From Tubiluchus corallicola (taxonomy: Eukaryota; Animalia; Priapulida), in assembly GCA_030141605.1 (NCBI GenBank), contig JAQGDQ010001111.1, positions 1-62,097 on the forward strand: 62,097 nt of DNA, read 5' to 3'. The number at the start of each line of letters is the position of its first letter. Position 1 is the first letter of the stretch. The notes below the pieces were generated by a model, which was not told the origin of the DNA, searched no databases, and saw nothing but the letters and a program-made list of their open reading frames with translations. Shown here in pieces: positions 12,001 through 24,927 of the stretch. The translations under genes were made by a program, and so were the position numbers.

Positions 12001-13231
12001 TTATTTTTTTGAAACCTACTTCAGGTACCCCTTTTCTTGTCATTTAAGCAATAAGACGGTGACAGAATATAAAATAAAATTCAATTCAAAAATAAAAATG
12101 AGTCAAATAACGTAGATATTTGTGACAACTGAGGTCTTTTAGTGAAAACCCTGGTTAAATATTGCATAGCTTTTTCGTTTACACTTTTCTCAGTATTCAC
12201 TCACAGCACAGTACGTAATTATCATTGCCTTTAAGAAGGGCACTAACGCAGTTAGCTACTGTTGTCGCGATAACTGTCTGTTACTATCTTAAAACCGTGT
12301 AATTTTTGCTTAATCTTGCGATTGTGAGAATAAAGTCAGCACTTTTAACATTATAATGAATTAGCGCGTCTAATGTTAGTGTAATAATGACTTTGTAGCC
12401 TGGTGGTCTACATTTCTGATTGCTATCGCGTGCAAACAGCAAGGTGTGTTAACCATGCTCGCATACACATGTTCCCTCAACGAAAAACAGCAGGAAATAA
12501 TGGAACTGAACTCATCCAGTTTTCATGGCTGTAACTCGTCCAATATTGCGGTGACAACGTGATAGCTCAGGTTTTTATCCTCCAGTGGCATAGAGAAATA
12601 AAAGATTACACCACAGACGAATAAACAAATGAACAAATGGACCTTTTGCTTTTGTCACTTGTATTTTTTGTGTATGTCAAGTGTGATAATACGTTTTGAT
12701 TATATGTTGCAGTAACTGTCGTCGACGATTAAAAGTCTTCAAGAGTTCAACTCATTAAAAGTCATTAATTAACGCATTAATTTAAGTAAAACCCGCCATC
12801 TGTGCTAATTTATTTTATGGGACACAATTAGATTAGTTATTACGAAGAAATGAGTTACCGTAAACCAATCCATATGAAATAAACATGGCGGGCAGGCTGT
12901 TCGCAAAGTAACAAAATGTCATGCCCGTCCCAGCCACGAATCCCCCAATCATTGTTACCCTTCGATGATCAAACTTGTTCACCAAAGCGCTGGTCACTAT
13001 ACCTAGAAAAATGCACCATATAGTAATTTTCTCTGTATTTTTGCACGTAATTTAAGATTAAAGTCTACAATAACCCTTGCGCTGATGATGATGACGATGA
13101 TAACGAACAATGGTTTGGCTAATGACCGCACCAGTAACCTAGAACAGTTACACTACGAAGAAGACGAGACGATAACAGCCATTGTGCGACCAATGCGCTC
13201 AAGATTTCATGGCTCACAGAAATTTGACAGA

Positions 13232-13272
<41 letters not shown>

Positions 13273-13684
13273 GCCATTATATAGTAACCGCGAAAAATGG
13301 CGAACAGTTTTTTGGACTGAGAGAGTCATGATCCTTAGCCTTCAACAAAAAAATGAATTTTAGCACAAAAATTCCATGAGATGTCATAAAGATCCAAATT
13401 GCAAGAGATCCACAAAAACTTTGAGGTAGGCAAACTGAGATAGAGAGCGAATAAACACAGACTTGATCAAGATAGAAAAACTCACCGAGACCAAACGCTA
13501 GTGCATATGCAATTCCACTTGGCCACATTGTTAGAGCAGAGCTAGTCCCAAACTGAGTCTTGAGTTCCAAGAGGAGCACGCCGTAAGCTTTTAGTTGTCC
13601 CACCGTCAGCATATTGCACAAACATCCAGCTAAACAGCAAAACCATCCCCAACCTCCATCAATAGGTTTATGTTCAGCTGTCAT
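9049..13684 (-). CDS. SLC16/MCT-family MFS transporter, paralog A (535 aa predicted)
   Basis: Exons 13486-13684, 12859-13002, 10040-10981, 9049-9371; GT-AG, all phase 1, 1608 nt open. Motifs DGGWGW, YFEKKLSLATGLAISG, TM8 SELAFR; many hydrophobic segments. Confidence 0.93.
9400..9705 (+). mobile_element. Candidate 5S-rRNA-derived SINE (SINE3-like), degenerate
   Basis: aggttgagcaacgctagagttggttagtgagtagctggga resembles the 5S internal control region (aagttaagcaacg...ggttagtacttggatggg); about 300 bp, ending in (aat)n. Confidence 0.3.
9706..9970 (-). mobile_element. Possible LINE 3' end fragment (RTE/RTEX-like)
   Basis: Minus frame SQNTVISNLLYNTDKISRSNIFRSWQRILFT followed by an AATAAA/(taa)n-type tail; weak resemblance only. 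Confidence 0.3.
13234..13270. repeat. (TA)n microsatellite
   Basis: Perfect dinucleotide run in intron 1 of paralog A. Confidence 0.95.
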
Positions 13685-16335
13685 TTTTAATAAAGGAATC
13701 CCACCAAAAAATAAAGTGGCTGAATAACTGGTAGAACTTTAGTTACTAAAAGAATAGACGCTACAGTTCGTGACGCATATATCTGTCTTTAATGGCAACA
13801 CAAATATGTAGCATAACATAAACTTAGAGTTTAATCTACAGTCTTATAGAACATTCTGTGTTGTACTTGACATTAGTGTAAATAATGATTGTATCACTAT
13901 AATCAGTAAACATCGATAGAATAACTAAATCACAGCGTTTCAGTAAGTACAACTACTTCCTATTAGGCAGAATTGCAAATGTTGTCTAAATTGAGCTTTT
14001 AGGTGACATTTAACGTTAACTTTTAAAGCTTTTCAACAATTAGGAACTAGGTATAAAAAGCTTTAAAAATGAAAAAAACTTTCCGCGTTTGTCCAGGTTA
14101 ATTATAGTTCAGTCCGTTTGGTCGAGAACTTACTGTCAAAAACCCATAAGTTTCGGACTCACTCTGACTATTATTTCCATACAGCAAAAGCGCCTTGGCG
14201 CTTTTTCAGAACCATGGTGACTTTATATAGTCTACGAGGAGAAGACAAACTGACATGTGAATGAATGATGTTAAGCGCAGAGCACCTTTACATGGGGTTA
14301 TATGCTCTTCGAGAATTAACCACCTCAGGGGTTTTTCAGACGTGGAGTAAGTCACAATGAAAAGCCTATTATCCTCATTTTCATCTTATCTTGATCTTTT
14401 TCTCATTAACAGCCCAAACACAGTGCTTTATGTATTTATGTGCTAAAGAAATATTTTAGTAGGTCGTGGAATTTAGTGGTTGTTGAAAAGAAGATAAACT
14501 TGATCGATGTCAGTTAACTGTTAAGCGACTAGAAGAGAAATTATTGGTGCTATGTGTCATATGATATTATCATTTACCCCCGGAGGCGACTATTGCGAAG
14601 TCGAGACTCTAGAAACCAGATGCACGAAAAGACGAAAGGTTCGTGATGGGAAGATGGTACTAAAAAGTTACAACAAGACAAAATTTGTTTACTCTATCAT
14701 GCCAGTCGACTTGAATAGAGTGAACGGTAATAAAATTTAGAATGCATGTGTACGGTGTCAATTAATAGTGTAACAGTTTTGCCTTTGTTACTCTGCAGTT
14801 ACTCTACAATAGGTTGGCAATTTCTCCCATTGTTAAAGTTGGAACTGCCCATTTTCTAATGTAACAGATATATGTCTGTTAGTACAAGGTACATCATAAA
14901 TGAAAAAGTTTTTTCTCTAGATTATATCCTGTTTTTTTGTCTGTTCGTTTTTTAGTGAAGCTAATTTCTACTGAATGGTTATAATTACGTAAATATATGC
15001 GAAAGTTAATTTAATATAACATTCATTAGATTTTTCACCTCTCTCCAGTCACTGATGATTTCTAGTTTCATCAACTTGCCATTGAACAAATAACGAATCT
15101 CTTTTTAGAAAATAAGCGTCCCTACCAAAAAATCCTCGAAAAAAATTGACATTGACAATGGTATAGATTCAGTAGTAAAAGGCGACTTACAAGATTTGCT
15201 GGAATTGATTACCGTAGTTCAAAAAATCAGGTTAGCATTTTTCGGTTGACAAACTCTGTCAGGACACAAAGGCATGAACTTTAAAAGGCCGCGGGCTGAA
15301 ATACCGTGTTTGTAAGCTTTGCAAGAAATTATACAGTCTTCCTTGGTTTTAATTTGATGTATGAGTTGAATTACTAGATCTTTGCAGTGCAAGCATGGGG
15401 TGTTTCAAAAGTTCCTCACTGATTTGCAGCTAATAAACAAACAACGTTAATTTTGCGCTAACCCACTAGCTGGGAATTTTTTTAGTTTACGTTTGAAGTT
15501 TTCCGTCATTTTCTCCAGCTGCCAAGCTGATTTTGGAGCAAAGGAGTAAAATCGCCGGATGACTATTACGTAAAAAAGAGCGCAATACATCGATGCAGTA
15601 GATTTATGAAGGCAAGTTTGATGTGCCCCTAAAATTCTCATGAATCGTATACTCAAGCAGCCAATTGTCACTCGGTTACTGTTGTTAAATTTTTAAAAAC
15701 AATAAGGAACTTTTGTTGAAACATAATTGGTGTTTCATAGTTTAGTTTCAGATACAGGTGTATCATAATTAAAACGTAAAGGGAAAACACAGTCAGATTT
15801 TAAAGTGACAAAACTTAGAAATTGGTAGAAAATAAATTTTCAAACTTCTAAAAGACAGCATTATAATTTATTGTAACCACCCAACTCACTAAATTTCGAT
15901 GCAGCCGTATTAATTTGGAAAAAATTCTGCTATTTAACAATTTCATTTATTGACTGTAGAATGACTAGCAGACACGGCTCCATGCGCTTATTCAGTTCAT
16001 CCATGGTTGTTTAATTAACTGTTCATTGTTTGTCGCCACTCTCTGTAGTAGGATGAACTCTATTTGCTTTGCTCATTGTGAAAAAACACTGACGTTCGCT
16101 TTCAAGTCTTTAGCCCTGAAACACCAAACAACACGCACATACAATAAGGTGTTTGAAAGTGACAGGCGACCCAATTTTAGAGCAAAGCGTAGCCCTCGTA
16201 CAATAGGATTACAGTATCTGTACCAACCACCGTATTTGTATAATACGTGCACTGACGTTATCTGCCGACTCCCATGATTCGTTGCAAATTTTTGCGCTCA
16301 TTTTATGTTGTGCGACTTGATATTTAGTGCAGAAG

Positions 16336-16374
16336 TGATGATGATGATGATGATGATAGTGCTGGTGCTGGTGG

Positions 16375-16406
<32 letters not shown>

Positions 16407-16482
16407 GTGGTGGTGATACTGACGATTTTTTATGTCATTGATGATTTTGATGATGATGACAATGGTGACGATGATGACGATA
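16336..16482. repeat. (GAT/GGT)n compound microsatellite
   Basis: gatgatgat...ggtggt runs; explains the poly-M/poly-D ORF 16305-16619. Confidence 0.9.
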
Positions 16483-16968
16483 TTGATAAACGATATTTAG
16501 AGCAGTTTATTCAGGCTCGAAAAAATGCTGACCGAGTTTTGCAGCTCTCGATAAAACATATAAATCAAGAGAAAAAAGGGAGGTCGCCAGAAGTTTTTTC
16601 AAGCAACGTGAATGTGTAAAGTTGTAGAAGTTGGTTCATTGTTAATATCTGATTTACCGTATTCTTATTTAGATGCGACTGTTTCACAGACATCATTATA
16701 CCTGTCAAATGCTGTGAGTAGCGATACAAAAAACTGTGAGTTTAATATAACAGTCATTTACGATAAAGATGACTAACTGGTAAACAATACAACCTGTACA
16801 AACTTTTTACCTTTTTACATACATGCGGGAAAAACAAGCGAAAACACGATCACACTGACTATCATAAAGCTGTTTATGCTAACTAAGCGAGCAGCGCTTA
16901 TGTAACTATTAATTATTTAATTATAGTACAAAGTTTCCGTCCTTATAGACAAAATTTATCATTGGAAT

Positions 16969-18075
16969 TTACCAGGTATGTTTTTCTCTCCAGTGACGCA
17001 GATGATATAAGTTGGCTTTTCTCCAGGTTGTAATTAACTCTTCGGCTGTAAAAACTTCGAAAACTATTTTAGGTGGCAACGTATGTACCTTGCTGTCCAA
17101 CCAACTTTTCACGGGTTCTTGAAATTTTTCTGAACTATCAGTTAAAACAATAGACCGGCTGGAGTATAGTGTTGTTTTCACTTTGTCTGCGAAAATGCCA
17201 GTCAAGACATCATCAATCTTAAAAAATCGAATTTTGTCTGCTGCTTTATTGAATTCAGTTATGGCTAGGTTGCTTAAAATGTACATCCAACCCTGACAAT
17301 ACGGCTTGTAGGTTCTTCCGCGAAATTCTTGCCTACTAACATAAAACTTACTGTTTTTGTTCCTGTAAGGCCTAGCATTTGCCAACACATAACAAAGTAA
17401 GGCATTGTCATGAAATGGAGAAATACGAAGTTCTTCTAGTAGACCAACTACTTGGTACACATCTATAAACACATCATCATCGGCTTTTACCACAAATTTA
17501 ACGCCCCTGCAGTACTTTGCCGTCCACTTTAGATAAAGAGCAATTTTGTAAGACACATTTTGATATGAATCCACAAAGCTCGCTTGAATGATATCTTTGT
17601 AAACGTCACTTTCACGATTGATATTTTCTTGATGTAATGGCGATGCCCCTAAAACAAAGACAGTTTTCACGCTTTTACCGTACCTTGCCTTAGATGCGCC
17701 CCAAGTTTGTCTAATAGCGTTGCGGGCTTCTAGATGAGAAGGCGCAGAGTACACCACAAATAAAATATACGTGTCATTATCACACACACCAATGCTGTTA
17801 ATTAAAAAAGTGACATTAATCAACCTAAAAAGTTGCAATGTTTCCGTGTTGTTGTTCTCCACTGGTTGATTTATTACGTTGCTACTGGTGTTTGAAAAAT
17901 CGTGTAAATGAGAATAATTATTGTAACGATATTCATTGTGTGAATTTACAGAGAAAATGTTATAAACTACTACATAATCACAAATTAGTAAGACAATACT
18001 CGTTCCGACCAAAGTGAGAAAAGTTCGTCTTTTTTCGCTCCACAGTCTCATTGCATAACACGAACTCGACTCCAT
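16969..18075 (-). CDS. GT31-family beta-1,3-galactosyltransferase-like Golgi type II membrane glycosyltransferase (368 aa, single coding exon)
   Basis: N-terminal TM (FLTLVGTSIVLLICDYVVVY), stem with several NxS/T sites, motifs RNAIRQTWG, FVLG, DIIQASFVDSYQN, VVKADDDVF (DxD), YKPYCQGWMYILS, IDDVLTG. Confidence 0.92.
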   Translation of the reverse strand: MESSSCYAMRLWSEKRRTFLTLVGTSIVLLICDYVVVYNIFSVNSHNEYRYNNYSHLHDFSNTSSNVINQPVENNNTETLQLFRLINVTFLINSIGVCDNDTYILFVVYSAPSHLEARNAIRQTWGASKARYGKSVKTVFVLGASPLHQENINRESDVYKDIIQASFVDSYQNVSYKIALYLKWTAKYCRGVKFVVKADDDVFIDVYQVVGLLEELRISPFHDNALLCYVLANARPYRNKNSKFYVSRQEFRGRTYKPYCQGWMYILSNLAITEFNKAADKIRFFKIDDVLTGIFADKVKTTLYSSRSIVLTDSSEKFQEPVKSWLDSKVHTLPPKIVFEVFTAEELITTWRKANLYHLRHWREKHTW

Positions 18076-20239
18076 GGTGAACTGAGTTCATATAGATGTA
18101 AAACATCTACCCAAGTGCACTCATGTTCTCATTGTTGAAATGAACTCAAAAACAGGTTCAGAATTTACTGGCGCGTTACATTGAACGAAATAAATGAAAT
18201 TATGTCAATATCAAGATTAATACAGCCAGTTAAATTGTTACCAGAGTAAACTTTGTGTGTAGTTTTTGCTAAAAACAACATGGTTTTGTTAATCACTCTA
18301 GCACATCGTCGAGTGATTTGCATTTGAAACAAGAGCTATGAAATTCGCAACCGCCGCTTCCGCCTTAAGCCAGGCTCACACACAGGTGTGACATACATGC
18401 AATGTTATAGTTAAGCCAGTGACAGCAATCGGTGTCGAAAATTATCCACTCATGCTGCACGAGTGAAGCGAAAGATTAATGACATAATTTATACATTTGA
18501 ATGTGTTAATATTTCAGCTATCTTCTAGGCAGAATGTTCCGTCATATCTTGAATGCAAAGTCTTGCTTTTTGCTATAAGTTTGGTGTAACTTGCTTAACT
18601 TACAGTTTACAAACAGAGTACCTTACATTAGCATATCGTTAAATTTATGTATACCTTGTTAACATAATTTATGCAAGTATGCACAAAGATTGAACCAGAC
18701 TTGCAGTTACCATACTGCTTCATTATTTGTCCACTTCTCGGCACAATTAGTGTAAAATGTGTATAAAAATTAGGTGTTTTTCTTGCAGATAAACTTTTTG
18801 CCTGAGAATTAATTTACACGTTTTAGTGCACTATACGCATAATTAACTTGCAGCAGGTTTTCTCTGCCTATAATCATGTAGTCCTGTTTACTAGCAATCA
18901 TTTAATTGTAGGTACGACTCTGGTACTTTTAGAAAATGTGGTTGGGAAAGAGCTACTACAGTAGTAACCAAAGTGTAGCTTACAACGATCTTTCTCACTA
19001 CATGTATTTTGCAAGCTCTGTTCCTATACCACATGACTTACGTGTAGGGGCAATGAGTGAACCCAGTTGTTCATAAGCAAGACTTAGACAGCTTCTGGAC
19101 GGATCACTAAGATCTTGATGAACGCTATTACCGACTGCATCCCTTGTAACTATAGATGGAACAGTTTAGTTAAAGAAAATTTGATAACTCTAGATTTGGA
19201 AGCAAATGCGTTGCCCTAGATGTGGCGCACGTTTAATGAGATGACCGCAAGTGTGCGCGTTTTAAACCCGCACCGAAGTACTAAAAAACGCAAAAGCTGC
19301 AAAAGTGCAAGTAAATCTGACCAGTAGTACATGACATTAGTAAAAAAAAACAAAGCAAAGAGAAGAGGCATATCCAATGACGGAATCAATAGGTGACGTT
19401 AAAGAGCTGAGCAGAGAAAAAGGACAAGAAGGCTGAACATCAGACGCCTAACATAAATACCAAGTTGCTAAATAGAAACTTCATCGCCAATCCTATGATG
19501 TGAATCTTTGTTTCTAAGCTACAGCTATATGAAAGCTGCTAGCCTTTTGGTGATGACCTGACAAAGGCTTACAGGTATATTTAAAATGGGCAACAAATAC
19601 GGAAAATCTTACTACCAATCTAGACTGAAGTGGTTCACAGCACAGCTCTATAGTGTCAGCTAGTAATTCCGTCATTAGATATTCTTCTTATATAATGATC
19701 CGTTTCTTTACCAGCGACATGAACCCTCATTCAATTTGGAGCTTTGATGCTTTTTCCTGGTCTGGATCTGGATCTTCATTAGAAATTCGTATAATTGATG
19801 TAGTAGCAGATTTTGTGATACCACACATCTACTGCAAAAATGTCAAATCACTGCAAAACAGAATATGGTTTAATCTCACTGCTGCCTCGTGGTGCTGGAC
19901 ACTAGAGTCCAAAAACATTTCCTTTTTCATGTATTGTTGTAATTTCTTCAGTAAACCATCTTTAGAACATGGCTTTGTATCTGATTTGCTTTTATAAATC
20001 ACTGAAAAACGAAACGTATAAAGTTTAACCTGCCAGTTACTCTCCCCCATATTCTATGATTGTGTTTTTCATCATCACCCTCACCAATAGAAAATATTCT
20101 ATGTTCTATGTACAATGAATTTTTATGTTAAGAAAGAGAAGATAATTTGCATACTCTGACGTTTTTATTTCTGTGTAACAATTTCTGTAAGCTCAACTCT
20201 TTCATGAGCCATTTTGTTTCTATATTAGATTTTGTATTT

Positions 20240-23200
20240 TCACAATTCTGTCATCATCGTGTACGCTTTTAAATCTGGCTCTGTGTCAATTCTATGTAAT
20301 GTGTCCAGATGTTTGTAGTGACTTGGCTCATCTCGAAGATCGTCTGTGTGTTGAAGAGTTCGTAAATTCTTGACATTGAAGAAGTTCATTGTCCTTAAAA
20401 CAACAGTTAGAACTGCCGAAATGGACCACGATACACCCAGAATAATAAAAGCGCCAGTGACAGATCCTGTGTTATCCACAATGGCCCCTGCAAAATATGA
20501 TATAACTATAAAAGGGTAATGAATAAAAAAATCCCACAATTAAAAAACAAGGAAAGAAAGGGCAAAACGTTCTGAGCTAGCACAGCAGTTCTTCTTCAGG
20601 TGAACAAAAAATAAATAAAATATGAAACAACAGAAGTATAAAAACCATGCCATAGTCGGACAGACACAACAGAAACTAATGAAACACAAAAATTACGTCA
20701 GTAGTTCCAGTAATGTTTTGTGAATTTTTTTTGTTCTTTTTTCTTCTGTATTTTGGTCACATTAAAGAAAAACTACAGTGGTAGTTCAAAACGTTGTGCT
20801 CTTTCTTTCTTTTTCCTTGTTTTAAGGTGTGGTGTGGAGTGGATGTTGTATTATGACATGGTGAGTGTGATGTGGTACGTGCGGCATGGTGTGGGTGGCA
20901 TGGTATGGATGGTGTTGTGGGTGTGATATGTGGAGGGCATGGTGTGGTGTGGGTGATGTGATGTGATGTGGATGGTATGGTGTGAGTGGTGTGGTGTGGT
21001 GTGGTGTGGATTGTCATCGTTGGTTCATATGCAAAAAAATTCTACAGAGTTCGACGAAGGGGGTGATGGACGAAGATTTATAGCTCTTTACTAAAGAGGA
21101 CAAACAGGGCTATGTAAACGTGTGGGTCTCTTTTGAGGAACCCTCTGCCAAGAAGAGCGGCTACGAGTTGATTGAAGATTCTCGAATATTCTCACTTGGA
21201 ACGTGCTGACATAGAGCCATTTCCTGACGTCATTCCATTGTATTCTGCTTATAATTTAGTTTCAGTAAAAGTTGGTTTTGCGATTATGGTAATGCCCAAC
21301 AGACTAATAAAGTGCAAGGATAATAAACGAACACTTTGTAGGATGTTCGCGCATTATTGTCATTTATGAACGACATCTTTTGCGGGGACTTGGGTAGTTA
21401 AGAATCTGCGTGAAAGAATAATTTTTAACAAAAAAACAGCATTCTCGAATTCATTTATGATGAAAAAAAAGTTGAGTTATGACTAACAGTGACTTTACAT
21501 TTCATCTTATGTTATGTTATGTTATGTTGTGTTGTGTTGTGTTGTGCTATGTTACGTTGCGTTATGTTCTGTTACGTTACGTTATGTTGTGTAAAGTCAA
21601 GTCATGTCGTGTCGTGTCGTGTCGTGTCATGTCATATTATATTATGTTATTATCTATTTGGCACTAACATACAAGAACAAATACACATGGCAATATACAA
21701 TCACAAACATATAATTACAATAAAGACATAAGACACAATTACATAATCAAACGAGACATGACAAAATTTCAGTCGCTAGTAATCGTTGATACAATATAAT
21801 ATAAAAACTAGCAAATTAGTAATTTCAACGTGTTTAGTAGAATTTCCACGAAGTCAAAGGATTTTCCTAACCTGTCACATTTGTTTGATTAGGCTTCCCA
21901 CACAACAAACACGGGCAGCCTATTGTTTACAAATTGAAACTTAAATGTGTGAAACTCAAGCAGTAAAAATGTATGGAAACTGTAAAAAATTGAAGACTAG
22001 GGATACGAGTGCAACGTTTGCTTTTAGTTAGCTGACAGTTCAATACGATGTATTGGATTTAGTACTGAGTGTTCCATAATACAGCCTGTTCCAAGGAAAC
22101 TATTACAAGCATAAAAATATTACATCATTCGCAGTCGATATGTGTGCAAGTTAATGGAGCACACTTCCTACAATTATTGTAGTATATACGACTTAAAGCT
22201 GAACTGCATTTCTTTGTGATTTAATCCGCATATATTTCTGCTGCACTTTTTTCTTTGGAAAGCTCTGCATTATCTGCTGTATTACACCATTACCAATGAA
22301 AGTTTTTTGCTGCTTTCATTGACTGTACATCAGTACTGCCTTTAGCAAATTGTGAAAAGTACTGAGTGCTGGATTGAAAACTCGGCATCGGTCACTCGTT
22401 TCAATCCACACTAGGACAGTGTACGGCTGATCTGAAGAATCTTAATCCAAGACGCCATTAACTGACTTGGTTAAATTAGTATTATCTGAGCCATTGGCGT
22501 TCATTATTAAAGCCTTGGTGTTGCTTATAAAAACGAATTTGTTTTGTGCCTTTTTTAGCTACATATACGATTTTTGTTATTGCAAACATCATTTAAAGTA
22601 AAAAGATCTGCAGTCAGTGTCTTTTGAGTTCCTTTGAGAATAGGGTGTCTTCTGTGAGAAATTGGATGGAGCTTAATCATCTCAAAATGAATGACTCGAA
22701 ACTGAATTTAGAATTTTTGGAAACAAAGTCCAAGAAGGTAAATTTCTAAAAACCCTGTTAATGTTGGTAGCGATCTTGTGCATGCAAGTGATTCCATTAC
22801 CACGCCACTGTTTACATGAAAATGCGCTTTATAAAATAAATGTCATTATTACCAGTAATTAGTGGTCCTCCTGTGAGGACAGCAGCTTGTCCTAACATTA
22901 TCACACCCATGCCATCTCCAATTCTTTCACTTCCAAGAAGATCAGATAGAACTGGCATTGCCGGTGCTTGACCACCGGCCAGCAGTAATCCCATAGTTGG
23001 AACAGAACTTGCAAGTGCTTGTAAGGTTGTTATTAACCCCATAACAAACATGTTCAACGCTCCACAAACCATGAGGAATGCTAAGAAATAAATACGCACT
23101 ACTGGGCTACGAAATGGTCCGTGATCTAGAAGTTTGCCCCATACAAAACGGCCAATTATTTCACATAAACTGAGAAGCGACACAAACGCTGCTTCTCTTT

Positions 23201-24927
23201 GGTCACCACTTCCTTTCTCTAGTTCTTGAACTTTTAGAGCTAACAAAATGTAGGTATTTAAGGAAGCAAAAATGAATATCATGCGAGAAATAGAAAACAC
23301 CAAGAAGTAAGGATCTAAAAGAAGTTGCCAGTAGAAAAGTGGTCGCTTCTTGGCTTTCTCTTCTGTAAATGAGGTTGATTTGACTACTACCTTGCCTTCA
23401 GTTGAGAGAGTCTTTTCTTTTGTTTCTTCTTCAAGGTGAATACTTGTATCACCAACAACATTTGTGCTTTCCGATGTAGGCTTGTTTAACGCGATTTCCT
23501 TTATCTTGCCTTTTTCAATTGCTGGAGGACGCATGAGAAAACCTGCACTTACAACATTTAAGACCAGGCCACCGCATATGAGAAACACTGATTGTAAGTT
23601 ATAAGCGCGGAGCAGCGCGTTTAAAATCAGCGGAAACGTAAACGCTCCTAAACCAGATCCAACTCTAACGAGAGACGATGCGAAAGAGAAGTTCTTTCTG
23701 AAGAACAAACCAAACATAGTCAATGCTGGATTCTGTACCAATCCAACGCCAATTCCTGAAAAAGGGACTCAACTGAATTCGCCAATATATGGTAATTGAG
23801 TTATTTGCACTATGCAAAAATTGTCCGTGTGCTGTTTAAATCATATCATATTCCATATTTGGTTCGCAATTATTGATAATATATAATTATGTTATAAACA
23901 GTGCACACAGTATTATGTGAACGACCATCACATTGTATGGTACATACAGATGATACAGGATATTTTACGAATACTTATAATAATGGATGTTCACGTATGA
24001 GCGAGGATTCTTAGATACAAACATTAAGCGTATCTCTAGCAATTGGAATTTAAACATTGAGTAATGTGCTCTAGTAGATTTACCAAAAAGGATTCCATAA
24101 GTGAAGAAGATAAAAGCTAAGGATTGTGCTAGATAACCCAGACTCATTCCAATTCCAGCAATTAATCCACCAGCTATAACCACTCGTCTGTGCCTGAATT
24201 TGTTCACTAAAATACACGTGACTGGCGCTAAAAGAAAAGTTGAGCACAGTTTAACGCAAAAGCTATAAGCAGCCGTCTGGGTCAGGATCTTCTCAGAAAA
24301 AAACATCATAATTGAGCATGTTAAGTTAGTGAAAACGACCTATATCTGCCGGATGAAAGTGTTTATACAGTTACTGATTAGTTCTATTGTTAGCTTTATA
24401 TGCAAGACCAATTCAAAAATGATGAATTTTCATAAGTTTGCTCTATAGTGTGCAGTGTTGATCTTTAAAAGTGTGATCGGTACGATTTAATGGAGAAATT
24501 CTGGCATCGAGGCTCGGACAGAGAAGTTGAAGAACCAAGAGTTTTATAATACTAAACTAGCTAGTGAAAAGAATTTAAATTTACTGCGTTACTTAGGATT
24601 TTTTGTAAATCGAAATTACATTAACCCTCAATCGTAGCATTTGTCAGGATTGTAGTTACAAATTACGTACATTATGTTATGCATATTCTCCACTTTTTAA
24701 TGTGTTTGTGTGACAAAAATTGTAAGTTTACCTAGTCCAAACGCAAGGCCTTGTGCCAGTCCTCCAACCCAACCGGTAATGGTCACGCTGGTTCCAAATA
24801 CTGCCATTAGTTCTATCATGAGAATTCCGTAAGATTTTATCTGACCAATGGTCAAAAATTGTATGGATAAGCTAGCAAGGGCAATCATCCAAGCCCATTG
24901 CTTGTCTGGGGCGGTTGATGCTGGCAT
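20240..24927 (-). CDS. SLC16/MCT-family transporter, paralog B (496 aa predicted)
   Basis: Exons 24732-24927, 24084-24227, 22853-23755, 20240-20487; 1491 nt open, phase 1. Divergent motifs PDKQWAW, FFRKNFSFASSLVRVG, TM8 CEIIGR. Confidence 0.92.
20826..21008. repeat. (TGTGG)n-like degenerate pentanucleotide repeat
   Basis: ggtgtggtgtgg... tract in intron 3 of paralog B. Confidence 0.9.
21507..21650. repeat. (TGTTA/TGTCG)n compound pentanucleotide repeat
   Basis: ttatgttatg...gtcgtgtcgt tract. Confidence 0.9.

Noticed and set aside
19470-20050. Possible decayed hAT transposase C-terminus on minus (KLQIE, DFPYLLPILNIPVSL)
   Set aside because: Suggestive only; the ERxFS core is not recoverable, there are many stops, and no TIRs were found. 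Needs a tblastx/HMM search.
21650-22500. Possible minus-strand LINE 3' relic (CLLCGK); similar weak candidates at about 8150-8450 and 44630-45010
   Set aside because: Too degraded to assign by eye.
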